From contig JAFWMA010000004.1 of NCBI GenBank assembly GCA_017510825.1, forward strand, positions 40,987 to 104,986: a stretch of 64,000 bases of DNA, in the 5' to 3' direction. A program made the translations under genes and the position numbers. Source of the stretch: Clostridia bacterium. GTDB lineage: Bacteria > Bacillota > Clostridia > TANB77 > CAG-508. The notes under the pieces were generated by a model. That model was not told the origin of the DNA. It did not search any database and worked only from the letters and a program-made list of their open reading frames with translations. Below, in pieces: positions 51,525-61,956 of this stretch. How positions within the stretch are numbered: the first letter of the stretch is position 1; each line of letters opens with the position of its first letter.

Positions 51525-51821
51525 TTATCCTCCAAAATAATTTCTATACTCATCGTCAGATTCTTTTCCTGTAAATCTTTTTCCATCAACAAAATTTAGA
51601 TTAGGAAAATTGTTTTTTAAACTTTTATATGTAGAATCAGCTGTATATTTTTCTGTAGGTTCAATCTTAAATAAATCTCCATTTATTGCCTTAGCAACTT
51701 TCTGTGCAACACCTTTTGTTACTCCAGTAGCTGAAAAAAAACTAATTAATACTTTACTCATGTTCCTTCCTCCCCATATTATAGATGGAATATTATTTAT
51801 ATAAATTCTTTCAGTTTTCAT
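51525..51821 (-). pseudogene. flavodoxin-like protein, internally deleted copy
   Basis: N-terminus MSKVLISFFSATGVTKGVAQKVAKAI joins directly to the C-terminal tail DSTYKSLKNNFPNLNFVDGKRFTGKESDDEYRNYF. The central PIWW/FLE/TSGSS blocks, which are present in the 56026..56295 copy, are missing. Confidence 0.45.
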
Positions 51822-51824
51822 AAT

Positions 51825-53108
51825 TTACCCTAATCTTTCAAATTTGAAAGGAGCAACAGTATCCATTCTTATTTTACCATAATCTTCAACTTGAACTTTA
51901 ATACCATTTTTTATAAAAGTACTCACTATTTCTTCTATTATTATTTTTGAATCATCGTTTTGGGTAATTACTAGTTTCCCAATATTATTAATCGTCATCA
52001 TAGTATAAAGAGTAGATAAAGTTGTATTAGACGTTGTACATTCAAAGTCCTTAATATAAGTTTTCATTTGTTTAGGAACACCAACAATGCCTAAATTACT
52101 TAACATGAATGTAGCTTCTGGCAATTTCATAATATCCTCTAATTCACAAGATAACTTCTCTACTTCTTTTTTTGTTCCTATAGGTTTACTTACAATATTT
52201 TCAAAAAACAATTCCGTTTCATATACATTACTTTTTAGATTCTTAATACTCAATTGTTCTTCTAAAGCCTTTTGTATATTATTCAATTGTTCCTTTAATG
52301 GTAAATTTATATATTCTTCTTTATACTCAAGTTTTATGCCAGTAAAAAAATTTGCTTGTGCTTTGCTTTGATAAAATGGTCGTAAATCCACCGGAATACT
52401 TACTAGAACTTTCTTCTTTTTCACATCATAATTTTTATATATTGCATTTCCTATAATAGTAGTAATCAATGTTACAGGAGTACAGCCCAATTGATGTATC
52501 AAATCAGAAAACTTTTCTGCGTTCCAACTTATAACAGTCTTTTTTTCATATTCAGTTTTATAGTATTGATAATTAACAGGCAACACATAAGGCTCTTCAT
52601 TGCCAAATTTTTCTCTTCTATCAAGCTCATTCAATTCTAGAGTATCTGTTTCGGTTTCATTAATCGGAGTTTCATTTGTTATTATCTCATCACTGAAGTC
52701 AATTTTTTTACCAATTATTTTTAAATATTCATATATCAGTGAACATCCAAATAATAATGTTCCTCTACCATCAGCAATTGCATGAGATACGCTAATATAT
52801 ATATTATTACCTTGAAAAGATATTCTAAATAGATATCCATTCACTTCTTTAGTTCCTAAAAAATGAACCTTATTATCAAATTCATAAACATTTAGATCAG
52901 CATTATTCTTAACAAAATCAATATTTCCATTTTTATTAATTACAGGTTTTAATTTAAAATAATGAAATCTATCAATAATGTTTTGCAAAGCTTTTGTTAA
53001 TTCATCACCTTTCACTTTTTCACTCAAGGTATACCTATTTTGAATTACAATAGACTTATTACCACAATTAAGATATAAATATGTCTTATTTAAAATACCA
53101 ATATCCAT
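51825..53108 (-). CDS. HxxxDG acyltransferase-like protein (condensation/CAT superfamily?)
   Basis: 427 aa, with a motif VSHAIADGRGTLLF. Similar in size to the 39981..41288 product but not obviously its paralog. Confidence 0.35.
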   Translation of the reverse strand: MDIGILNKTYLYLNCGNKSIVIQNRYTLSEKVKGDELTKALQNIIDRFHYFKLKPVINKNGNIDFVKNNADLNVYEFDNKVHFLGTKEVNGYLFRISFQGNNIYISVSHAIADGRGTLLFGCSLIYEYLKIIGKKIDFSDEIITNETPINETETDTLELNELDRREKFGNEEPYVLPVNYQYYKTEYEKKTVISWNAEKFSDLIHQLGCTPVTLITTIIGNAIYKNYDVKKKKVLVSIPVDLRPFYQSKAQANFFTGIKLEYKEEYINLPLKEQLNNIQKALEEQLSIKNLKSNVYETELFFENIVSKPIGTKKEVEKLSCELEDIMKLPEATFMLSNLGIVGVPKQMKTYIKDFECTTSNTTLSTLYTMMTINNIGKLVITQNDDSKIIIEEIVSTFIKNGIKVQVEDYGKIRMDTVAPFKFERLG

Positions 53109-53326
53109 GTAAGTTTACCTCTGTTTTTTAACTTATATTTATTCTATAATAAGATTTAAAAAATTACAACCACCTTTTAGGAAAAAGATACATTATATCA
53201 AACTAGCTGTAAGAACAATAGCGGGCATTAAAAAAATTGAAAAGGCAAATACGCTCTGCAAAGTCCTCATTTAATTATTTACTGTCGTTTGGCCTTTTTC
53301 ATTCATTACTTCTAAGCTTAATACTT

Positions 53327-53638
53327 TTAGATAATAATAATCTTGATAAAATGTAAATGAGGAATAATACTATCAAGTAATAGCAAAAATACAATTCCAA
53401 ATAAGAAGCCTACCGTTGCAGGAATCCACTCTATTACATTTTGTGTCTTTGCCATATCTATTGATGGAATTAGAAGTGACCATACTGATGCAGAAATCAT
53501 TACGCCAGAAGCAAATCCAAGTAATAGCTTTTCTAATTTCTTATTAATTTTATTCTTCATTAAGAAAACCATGCCAGCACCCAAAGTGGTTCCAAAAAAT
53601 GGAATAGCTAATCCCCAAAAAACTTCCATAATCATCAT
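53327..53638 (-). pseudogene. ZIP-family zinc transporter (ZupT-like) N-terminal fragment
   Basis: 103 aa, ...LLLGFASGVMISASVWSLLIPSID...IPATVGFLFGIVFLLLLDSIIPHLH, which matches ZupT TM1-3. The downstream HNxPEG half is absent. Confidence 0.5.
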
Positions 53639-53705
53639 TTCCTTATATATTTATTATTCTCTTCTTTTAGATTTTTTCAGACTTCTTAAAATTTAAAGAA
53701 AATTA

Positions 53706-54860
53706 CTACATAGCTTCTCTATATAGTCTAATAAAGTCTTCTTTCGTCACTTCTCTTGGATTCCCTGGTTTACATGGATCTTCCATAGCTTTTTCTGCAA
53801 GCATCTCTAAGTCTTCTTCTTTACATCCTGTATCTTTTACAGTAATAGTAACTCCACAATCTCTAGAAAGCTCCTGAATTTTCCATACAAAAGTATTTAT
53901 TACATCTTGATCATTTAAATCTTTTGCATCAGGTCTACCGATATGACACAAAATTTCTCTAAATCTATCAGCACATACCTCACCATTAAATCTCATTACA
54001 GTTGGAAGTAAAATTGCATTTGCTATTCCATGAGGAGTATCATAAACAGCACCTAGTTGATGAGCCATAGAATGAACTATTCCTAATCCAACATTTGAGA
54101 ATCCCATTCCTGCAATATATTGAGCCATAGCCATTTTTTCAATAGCAATCGGATCTTTCTCATTTACTGCTTTTGCTAAATTTTCAAATATTAATTCAAT
54201 AGCTCTCATATGAAACATATCTGACATAGTATTGTGTGCTTTTGTTATGTAGCCTTCAACTGCATGTGTCAGTGCATCTAATCCAGTTGCTGCAGCAGTC
54301 ATTTTTGGAAGAGATTCCATTAATTCCGAATCTACTATTGCTAAAATTGGAATATCATGTGGATCAACACATACCATCTTTATTTGCCTTTCCTCATCAG
54401 TTATAACATAATTTATAGTAACCTCAGCTGCAGTTCCGTGAGTGGTTGGAAGTGCAATTAGAGGTAAACCTTTATTTTTAGTATTAGAAAGTCCATTTAG
54501 TGATTTCACATCAGCCCTATCTGGATTAGTCATTAATATTGAGATTCCTTTTGCTGTATCTATAGCAGAACCTCCTCCAACAACTACTATTAAATCTGCA
54601 TTAATCTTCTTGCATATTTTATAACCATCCAATACATTTTTTATTGTTGGATTAGGTTTTACTTCAGAATATAAAGTATAGTCGATTTTGTTTTCATCAA
54701 GTAAGTCTAAAACTTTATTAATTAGCTTGCAATCAACAAGTCCCTTATCCGTTACTAAAAAAACTTTTTTAAATCCCCTCAACTTTATTTCCTCAGGTAA
54801 TTCTTTTCTGCACCCTCTTCCAAAAATGGAAGTTTCATTTAATACAAATCTTTCTGACAT
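53706..54860 (-). CDS. iron-containing alcohol dehydrogenase
   Basis: 384 aa with GGGSAIDTAKGI, the Fe-ADH His cluster (...HSMAHQLGAVYDTPHG...), and N-terminal MSERFVLNETSIFGRG. Confidence 0.85.
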   Translation of the reverse strand: MSERFVLNETSIFGRGCRKELPEEIKLRGFKKVFLVTDKGLVDCKLINKVLDLLDENKIDYTLYSEVKPNPTIKNVLDGYKICKKINADLIVVVGGGSAIDTAKGISILMTNPDRADVKSLNGLSNTKNKGLPLIALPTTHGTAAEVTINYVITDEERQIKMVCVDPHDIPILAIVDSELMESLPKMTAAATGLDALTHAVEGYITKAHNTMSDMFHMRAIELIFENLAKAVNEKDPIAIEKMAMAQYIAGMGFSNVGLGIVHSMAHQLGAVYDTPHGIANAILLPTVMRFNGEVCADRFREILCHIGRPDAKDLNDQDVINTFVWKIQELSRDCGVTITVKDTGCKEEDLEMLAEKAMEDPCKPGNPREVTKEDFIRLYREAM

Positions 54861-55695
54861 AAATCATTCCTCCTTAATTATTCTTTTATTTTATTATATA
54901 CTAATATTTTAAATTTTTAAATTATTTTTAAATTATTTTTTAAATTTTTCAATACATATTTATCACTAAAAGCATCATTAAAGTAACTGCATAGTAATAT
55001 ATCTTTTATTCTTTTATTTTTACACCTAACAAATATAATAAATCTAGTGATTGGAGTTGATTTATTATTGCGCCTTTTATATCTTCAATAGATACTGCTA
55101 TTTTCAAAAGATGTATTTGAAAAATTGCAATTTCTAAATTCTATATCCCTAAATTCATTATTTATAAGTTTTCCATTTGTAATTTCTGCATTATTTATTA
55201 CTGCTTTTTCAATTTCAAGATCTTTCCATTCTGCTCTATCTTTTCTATAATCTTCATATTGCAAAAATATTAAAAAATGCATTGTAGCCTTTAAAAATAG
55301 CTAAAGCAGTTAATCCTTGTATAATTCCAACAACAAATGTAACCCATCCCATCTTTATTGTAAAAGCTTTCATCTTTTTTTCATCAGATAGTTTTTCTAC
55401 AAATTTATTAGATAGTCCTGTAACTATACTAATACACCTATATTAAATTTTCTCAAAAAAATCCCTCCTTGATTTATTATATTTTATCAAGGAAGGATTA
55501 ATTTACATAACTTTTCCACGTTTTCATTTAAAGTTTATGTATTTGTTAATTACCCTTTCTAACTTGTATAAGTAACATAATCCTATTATATCAACAAAAT
55601 CATACAATTATATAATCCCTTATACTCAAGAAAGACAGAGTTTGAAACAAGCCACAAACTCTGCCTTTCTTCTTATTATTTAAATGTATCGTATT

Positions 55696-55932
55696 TTATC
55701 CATTGTGAATGGAATAACCTGTGTAGTTTCCATCGGAATCATAATAGTAATCCGCAGAAATGTGTCCTTTTTCAGAATCCACAGGTTCATTTATCTGAAC
55801 CCTACTTCCACCATCGTCCATTGATCGCTCAGTGATTAATCCTCCAGATTCAGTGAATGTTACATCGTCGTACTTGCCTGTTGCAATGTCTTTTATAGCA
55901 TTATCAATGCTATAATCCTGAGGGAATCCCAT
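55696..55932 (-). CDS. small hypothetical protein
   Basis: The start is more likely MGFPQDYSIDN, 8 nt after AAGGAGG. No motif was recognised. Confidence 0.3.
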   Translation of the reverse strand: MGFPQDYSIDNAIKDIATGKYDDVTFTESGGLITERSMDDGGSRVQINEPVDSEKGHISADYYYDSDGNYTGYSIHNG

Positions 55933-56025
55933 AATTATGCCTCCTTCAGCATGTATAAAATTATTAGTAACAATAAAATTATATATCAGTTCTTGGATTA
56001 TGTCAAGCACTTCTATACATTTTTA

Positions 56026-56295
56026 TTAACTTAACAGCCAGTTTCTATACTCTTCATCAGATTCTCTTCCTGTAAATCTTTTTCCATCGACAAAATTCAA
56101 ATTAGGAAAATTACTCTTTAAACTCTTATAAGTTGAATCTATTGAAGAAGAACCACTTGTTACAAATACATAAATATTTTTATTTAGCATATCATTTTCT
56201 TCTAAAAATTTATCAATTATTGTAGGCTCTTTATACCACCAAATTGGAAATGCTAAACAAATTGTATCATATTCATCTATTATCGTTCCAATATA
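56026..56295 (-). pseudogene. flavodoxin-like protein fragment lacking the N-terminus
   Basis: The open frame GENIYEYIGTIIDEYDTICLAFPIWWYKEPTIIDKFLEENDMLNKNIYVFVTSGSSSIDSTYKSLKSNFPNLNFVDGKRFTGRESDEEYRNWLLS* has no start codon. About 110 bp of DNA (56030-56150) is roughly 85% identical to 51521-51640. Confidence 0.5.
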
Positions 56296-56313
56296 TTCAT
56301 AAATATTTTCTCC

Positions 56314-57069
56314 TTATAAATTATTATATATTTCATCTTCTACTGGTTCTAACCACTCATTTGATGCATTCTCTCCTGGTATTTCTACTGCAATATGACT
56401 AAACCATGAATCTTTTTTAGCTCCATGCCAATGCTTTTTATTGCTTGGTATTACCACAATATCTCCTACTTTTAAGCTTTGTGCCTCTTCTCCTTCTTCT
56501 TGATACCAACCTTCTCCTTCAACACAAATTAGAACTTGGCCTCCACCTGATGTAGCGTGGTGTATATGCCAGTTATTTCTACAACCAGGCTCAAAAGTTA
56601 CATTTGCAAAACTTACTCCTGATTCTGTTTTATCTAACCTCTTTAAATAAGAATTACCAATAAAATACTTAGCATAATTCACATTAGGCTCTCCCATGCC
56701 AAAAGCTCCTCCATGCGTTGTTCCTTTATCTTCATTGTTATTTTGTATCTCATCTGCATATACTTCTCTAACTAAATTAAATACTGCCCAAGCATTTGGC
56801 CATCCAGCATAAAATGCAGCATGGGTAACGATCTCTGCCATCTCCGATAAAGTAATTCCATTCTTTTTTGCATTCATAATATGATATTTTAATGAACTAT
56901 CTACTAGCCCTTTTCCCATAAATACACAAATTGTTACTAAGCTTCTGTCTCTTAAAGATAGCTTATCCTCTCTTGACCATACTTCTCCAAATAGTACATC
57001 ATCATTTAATTCTGCAAATTTTCCTGCAAAATCTCCTAGTTTTTCTCTACCTGCTGTTTGTTTAACCAT
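56314..57069 (-). CDS. carboxymuconolactone decarboxylase-family (AhpD-like) domain fused to a cupin domain
   Basis: N-terminal ...LRDRSLVTICVFMGKG...HIMNAKKNGITLSEMAEIVTHAAFYAGWPNA, C-terminal cupin ...WHIHHATSGGGQVLICVEGEGWY.... Confidence 0.6.
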   Translation of the reverse strand: MVKQTAGREKLGDFAGKFAELNDDVLFGEVWSREDKLSLRDRSLVTICVFMGKGLVDSSLKYHIMNAKKNGITLSEMAEIVTHAAFYAGWPNAWAVFNLVREVYADEIQNNNEDKGTTHGGAFGMGEPNVNYAKYFIGNSYLKRLDKTESGVSFANVTFEPGCRNNWHIHHATSGGGQVLICVEGEGWYQEEGEEAQSLKVGDIVVIPSNKKHWHGAKKDSWFSHIAVEIPGENASNEWLEPVEDEIYNNL

Positions 57070-57088
57070 TTTTTATACCTCCTTATAA

Positions 57089-57415
57089 TTATTTTTTTAT
57101 ATATTTGTTATCTTTTTCATTATTATCTTCTAAAATATATCTTTCTACCTTCATATGTAAATCATATTTATTTCTTAATTCAATAATTTTATTCATAGTT
57201 TCAGACTTGTGATGTTCATCTAAGGTATCTTGATTTTCCCAACTGTCTATTAAAAGTATTGTTTCCCTATCATCAATTGGTGCAAAATATTCATATCTTA
57301 AATTACCTTTTTTATTTCTAATTTCTTGAACAATTCCTGAACTAACCATTTCTTCAGCAAAATTTCTTGCTGAGCCATTTGAACCTTTATAATAAATATT
57401 AATTGTAAATGACAT
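57089..57415 (-). CDS. antibiotic-biosynthesis-monooxygenase (ABM) family protein
   Basis: 108 aa of ABM fold size, with an ...IDSWENQDTLDEHHKSE... pattern. Confidence 0.5.
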   Translation of the reverse strand: MSFTINIYYKGSNGSARNFAEEMVSSGIVQEIRNKKGNLRYEYFAPIDDRETILLIDSWENQDTLDEHHKSETMNKIIELRNKYDLHMKVERYILEDNNEKDNKYIKK

Positions 57416-57510
57416 TGTTATCCCTCCAATATTATTTATATTCTACTAAATCTTCTACAGCTTTTCTTTTATTATGTAACGGATTATTTCTTTACTTAAA
57501 TTATACATTT

Positions 57511-57705
57511 TTACTTAATATTAAAATGTTTTTATTATTTTCGTATTTATATTCAACATTATCCATACTTTCCTTAACGATATATATACCAAGTCCACCT
57601 ATTTGCATATCCTGTATTTCAGTATCAGTATCAGGATCTTCTTTTTCTAATGGATTGAATTTTATTCCGTTATCTTCAAAAGATATTTTTACTTCTTGTT
57701 TTCCA
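57511..57705 (-). pseudogene. C-terminal fragment of an HATPase_c-type anti-sigma factor/Ser kinase (RsbW/SpoIIAB-like)
   Basis: The open frame YGKQEVKISFEDNGIKFNPLEKEDPDTDTEIQDMQIGGLGIYIVKESMDNVEYKYENNKNILILSKNV* has no start. The upstream part is replaced by the XRE gene. Confidence 0.4.
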
Positions 57706-57919
57706 TACTAATCATCTCCCCACTTAATAATTCATTTACACTTATTTTAAGCTCTTTACACAAATCTAGCATTATTGATGAATCAGGCATTGCTTTTCCA
57801 TTTTCCCATTTAGATATAGCTCTATCTGTAATGTTTAATTTTTCTGCAAGTTGCATTTGTGTTAAATTATTCTTTTTTCTACATTCAGCTATAAATTTTC
57901 CAATTTTAATCTGATTCAT
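57689..57919 (-). CDS. XRE-family helix-turn-helix transcriptional regulator
   Basis: 76 aa, ...NNLTQMQLAEKLNITDRAISKWENGKAMPD.... Confidence 0.8.
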   Translation of the reverse strand: MNQIKIGKFIAECRKKNNLTQMQLAEKLNITDRAISKWENGKAMPDSSIMLDLCKELKISVNELLSGEMISMENKK

Positions 57920-58056
57920 ATCTCTTTACCTCCTTCAAATTAAGTGTAAAATATTATCATTAAAAAGTACACATACCATTGGTTGAGTAGGGTATTTTTT
58001 ATATCAACTAATGGTTGAATAATTAAATTTTGCACTAGAAATCACTATTTTTCTAC

Positions 58057-59244
58057 CTATTTTTCAAGCCAATTTGCAATATCTTTTATTATAATTCCTT
58101 CATAAGTATAATCTTCATGTTTAGTTCTTGCTATTATTACTTTTGGATAAGCATCTTTAATCTTTAATAATGGTCTAACTTCTCTTTCTAAAGTTTTATC
58201 ATCATCAATATTATCAGAAACTTGGATATAAATTTTTTCGTCTCTTTTCATTGCTACAAAATCAACTTCACAATTATATAATTCTCCTACATATATTTCA
58301 TATCCACGTCTTAATAGTTCTATTGCAACAATATTTTCATAATTTCTTCCATAGTTCATATTTTTTCTTCCTAATTTAGCATACTTAAATGTTGGATCAA
58401 CTAAATAGTATTTGTCTTGTGATTCAAGATATCTTTTTCCTTGAATGTCATACCTTTTAACTTTATAAAATAAGAAGGCATTGCATAAATACTGAATATA
58501 TGAACCGATAGTTTTATGATTTAATGTGCCATCAGCCCTTTTTAGGGAATTAGTTATATTTCTTACAGAAGTTATATTTGAAATATTATCCATCATAAAA
58601 TTAGTTAAACTATCAAACAAATCTTCATTTCTTATTTTATATTTCTCATTTATATCTCTTAATATTAAAGTATTATATACTTCTAAAATATACTTATATT
58701 TATCCTTTTCATTATCATATAAATATGAACCAGACATTCCTCCCTCTAAAAGGTATTTCTTAAAAGCTTCATCTAAATCTGTATATTTATAGTATTTTAA
58801 AAATTCCTTAAAAGAGAATGGAAATAATTCAATTTCAAAAGTTCTACCAGTGAATAAAGTTGCCAAATCGCTGCTTAGTAAAAAAGCATTTGAGCCTGTT
58901 ACATATATATCATACTTTTCTGATGCATGTAAACTATTTATTGTTCTTTCAAACCCATCACACATCTGAACTTCATCAATTAATATGAAATTTTTCATTC
59001 CTTCAATATATTTCGATTCTATGTAATCATTTAATGCATGATATTCTTTTAATTTTTCAAATTTTAACAAGTTAAAATTTATTGAAATAATATTATAATC
59101 TTCCATATTCTTTTTTATATATTTTTGAAATTCTTCTAATAATTTAGATTTACCACTACGTCTAACTCCTGTTATTATTTTTATGTCAGGAGTTCCCATA
59201 ACATTTATTAACTCTTTTAAATAATCACGTTCAATTACTTTCAT
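58057..59244 (-). CDS. AAA-family ATPase (ATPase plus DUF4143-type)
   Basis: Walker A GVRRSGKS, Walker B ILIDEVQ. The start is MKVIERDY with GAGGTG. Confidence 0.6.
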   Translation of the reverse strand: MKVIERDYLKELINVMGTPDIKIITGVRRSGKSKLLEEFQKYIKKNMEDYNIISINFNLLKFEKLKEYHALNDYIESKYIEGMKNFILIDEVQMCDGFERTINSLHASEKYDIYVTGSNAFLLSSDLATLFTGRTFEIELFPFSFKEFLKYYKYTDLDEAFKKYLLEGGMSGSYLYDNEKDKYKYILEVYNTLILRDINEKYKIRNEDLFDSLTNFMMDNISNITSVRNITNSLKRADGTLNHKTIGSYIQYLCNAFLFYKVKRYDIQGKRYLESQDKYYLVDPTFKYAKLGRKNMNYGRNYENIVAIELLRRGYEIYVGELYNCEVDFVAMKRDEKIYIQVSDNIDDDKTLEREVRPLLKIKDAYPKVIIARTKHEDYTYEGIIIKDIANWLEK

Positions 59245-59686
59245 TTTTTTCACCTCTATAATTATTATACATTTTATATTTCCCAAAATCAAGTTTTTTT
59301 AAAAATTGGGAAATATTTTTTATGATTTAAAATGACAGTTTTCTTTATACATTTCTATGTATTTTATTTTTATTATTTCTAAAAAATAAAAGATTATCCC
59401 TTAATGATAAAGGATAATCTTATTATTCTCGTTTGTCAATTATAAATTACGTGGACAAATCGTGGACATGTAGACAAATTTGTCATCATTAATTATTTTT
59501 TGATAATTTTTCTATTTACTGACAAATTGTAAGTTTCTGTTCTAATACTTGTTTACAATACCAAAATCTTGTAAACATTATTCCATGTAAATTTTTTATC
59601 AGTTATAATCCATAAATGTCATTTGACAGTTTTGGATTATAGTGATATATTATTAAAAGATTTTTATTTGAAGTAAGGAGTTTCTT

Positions 59687-61075
59687 ATGAATTTTAGCGA
59701 GCAATTATCAGAATATATGAGATTACTAAATTTTAATACAAATGAACTTTGTGAAAAATCTGGATTATCTTATACACTTATAAATAGATATTTAAACAAT
59801 ATCAGAAAACCTAAAGAAGATAGTAAATATTTTAATAATGTAGTAGATGGTGTTTATCAAATCTCTTTAAATAGAAATTCGGATTTAACAAAAGAAAATA
59901 TATATAATATATTAAAAGAATCTTTAACGGCTGATATGTTTAAGATAGATTATAATTTATTCGTTGATAATTTTAATATTTTACAAGAAGAACTGAATCT
60001 AACAACTGTTGAAATTTCAAACGCTGTAGGCTATGATTCTTCTTTCATATCAAGAATGAAAAATAAAGAAAGAAAACCAGCAGATTTTGAAATCTTTATT
60101 GATAAATTAAGAAATTATATTATCTCTTTATGCCAAAATGAAAATATAAAATCTATTTTAGTACAAACATTAAATTGTTCAACTGAAGATATAAATAATA
60201 TAGAACTTTTTAAAGAAATTTTTGCAAAGTGGATATGCTCACATCATATAAATAGTAAGCCTGATGATGTATTAAACTTTCTTACTAAACTAGATACCTT
60301 TAACTTAAATGATTATATAAATACAGATTTTAGTAAAATAAAAGTTCCTACTGTTCCAGTATTATTCAAGAGCAGTAAAATGTATTTCGGCATTGAAGGT
60401 AGAAAACAAGCAGAAGGAGAATTTTTAAAAACAACTTTACTCTCAAAATCAAATGAGCCTATATTCTTTTATAGTGACTTACCTATAGCAGAAGCAGGAG
60501 AAGACGAAGAATTTAAAAAGAAATGGGTTTTTGCTATGAGTGTACTATTAAAAAGAGGACTACACTTAAATATGGTACATACCCTTAATAGACCAGTTAA
60601 TGAACTTTTATTAGGTTTAGAAAATTGGATACCTATATATATGACTGGATCTATTTCTCCATATTACTTTAAAAATCCTCCATCAAACTTTTTTAATGGT
60701 TCGCAGTGTACTTCTGGCTCTATTGCTCTAACTAGCGAATGTATAAAATATAATGAAAAGAAAAGCAAATTTTATTTAACAACAAAAAAAGATGAAGTAG
60801 CTTTTGAAAAAGAGAAATCTAAATATATGCTTTCAAAAGCCACCCCTTTAATGACAATATACAAAGAAAAAGATAAAAAAGAATTTAAAGAATTCATGAA
60901 ACAAAATGAAAAAGAAAATATCCAAAAAGTAAAAAAAGACAACTTCAAAAACATAGATTTCTGTATAAATGAAGATAAATGGATTATGATTAACAAAGAA
61001 AACGATCTAAAAATACATTTTGTTATATATCATGAAAAACTTATAAATGCTATAAAAACCTTCCTTTTATCATAA
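59687..61075 (+). CDS. hypothetical protein with an N-terminal helix-turn-helix
   Basis: 462 aa with an N-terminal HTH (...TNELCEKSGLSYTLINRYLNN...). Its upstream region carries multiple palindromes. Confidence 0.4.
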   Translation: MNFSEQLSEYMRLLNFNTNELCEKSGLSYTLINRYLNNIRKPKEDSKYFNNVVDGVYQISLNRNSDLTKENIYNILKESLTADMFKIDYNLFVDNFNILQEELNLTTVEISNAVGYDSSFISRMKNKERKPADFEIFIDKLRNYIISLCQNENIKSILVQTLNCSTEDINNIELFKEIFAKWICSHHINSKPDDVLNFLTKLDTFNLNDYINTDFSKIKVPTVPVLFKSSKMYFGIEGRKQAEGEFLKTTLLSKSNEPIFFYSDLPIAEAGEDEEFKKKWVFAMSVLLKRGLHLNMVHTLNRPVNELLLGLENWIPIYMTGSISPYYFKNPPSNFFNGSQCTSGSIALTSECIKYNEKKSKFYLTTKKDEVAFEKEKSKYMLSKATPLMTIYKEKDKKEFKEFMKQNEKENIQKVKKDNFKNIDFCINEDKWIMINKENDLKIHFVIYHEKLINAIKTFLLS

Positions 61076-61117
61076 AACTAAAAGACATAACAATTTTAAG
61101 TTGCTATGTCTTTCTTT

Positions 61118-61894
61118 TTATTCTGTTATCTTTTTAGCATGTAAAACTACCCTGTATTTGTTATTATCTGCACAAGTAGATAAAGTAAGTATATGATCTT
61201 CTGTGCTAACATCTACATTAAAATCTTTAATACTTCTTGATTTAATTGTATCAATAAATTTTTGAAATTCATTATCCGCTCCAAAATTAGTAGTAATATA
61301 ATAATATTCTTTTTCTATTTTATATACTGAAAATACTTGATATTCTGCCTTTTCATTTTCTGTAATAAATGGAATTATAAAGTTTTCTTCATTATTTTGC
61401 CATTCTTCAGTGAGTATATTCTTTAATGTTCCAAATAAACTGCCATCTCTACGATTATGAGCATAAATAACCATGTTGTTATCTGTGCCATCAAATTTAT
61501 TTTTATAGTCCATAAAAACCCAACCAGCACTATTGTAACTCTTATCAAAACTATGTGTCATATAAAAATCATTATTTGTAGTCTTAACAACTGGATATTC
61601 TATACTTGTACCATTAACTTTAAGCCAAGAAATAGTATCAGAATTTTTTTGTTTTAAACTGTCAAAATCCACGTTATATTTATCAACAGTATCTGTATTA
61701 TCATCAATAGAAATTGAGTCTTGTATATCTTCTATAATATCATTACTATCTTTATTTTCCTTTAACCAATTAAATATCTTTATGCCAGTAAAAATCATTA
61801 TAGAAATAAATATAAGAAGAAGTGTTGGAATAATTATATTTTTAGTCTTTCTTTTCTTCTTTTTTTTATTGTCATTATAATGTTTACCTTTCAT
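61118..61894 (-). CDS. srtB: class B sortase
   Basis: 258 aa with an N-terminal TM, the TLSTC active-site motif, and the conserved His context in VIYAHNRRDG. Confidence 0.75.
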   Translation of the reverse strand: MKGKHYNDNKKKKKRKTKNIIIPTLLLIFISIMIFTGIKIFNWLKENKDSNDIIEDIQDSISIDDNTDTVDKYNVDFDSLKQKNSDTISWLKVNGTSIEYPVVKTTNNDFYMTHSFDKSYNSAGWVFMDYKNKFDGTDNNMVIYAHNRRDGSLFGTLKNILTEEWQNNEENFIIPFITENEKAEYQVFSVYKIEKEYYYITTNFGADNEFQKFIDTIKSRSIKDFNVDVSTEDHILTLSTCADNNKYRVVLHAKKITE

Positions 61895-61956
61895 TAAACT
61901 TTCCTCTCTAAATTAATAAAAGGACTAACTTTTGCTAGCCCTTTATAGTATCTATT

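Noticed and set aside
54905-54960. Roughly 11-nt periodic taaatt(a)ttttt repeats upstream of the Fe-ADH gene
   Set aside because: They are most simply phased A/T tracts (curved promoter DNA) in a 25% GC genome, not a discrete element.
57409-57711. 100-aa plus-strand ORF
   Set aside because: The same interval on the minus strand encodes a recognisable HATPase_c fragment, so the plus-strand frame is spurious.
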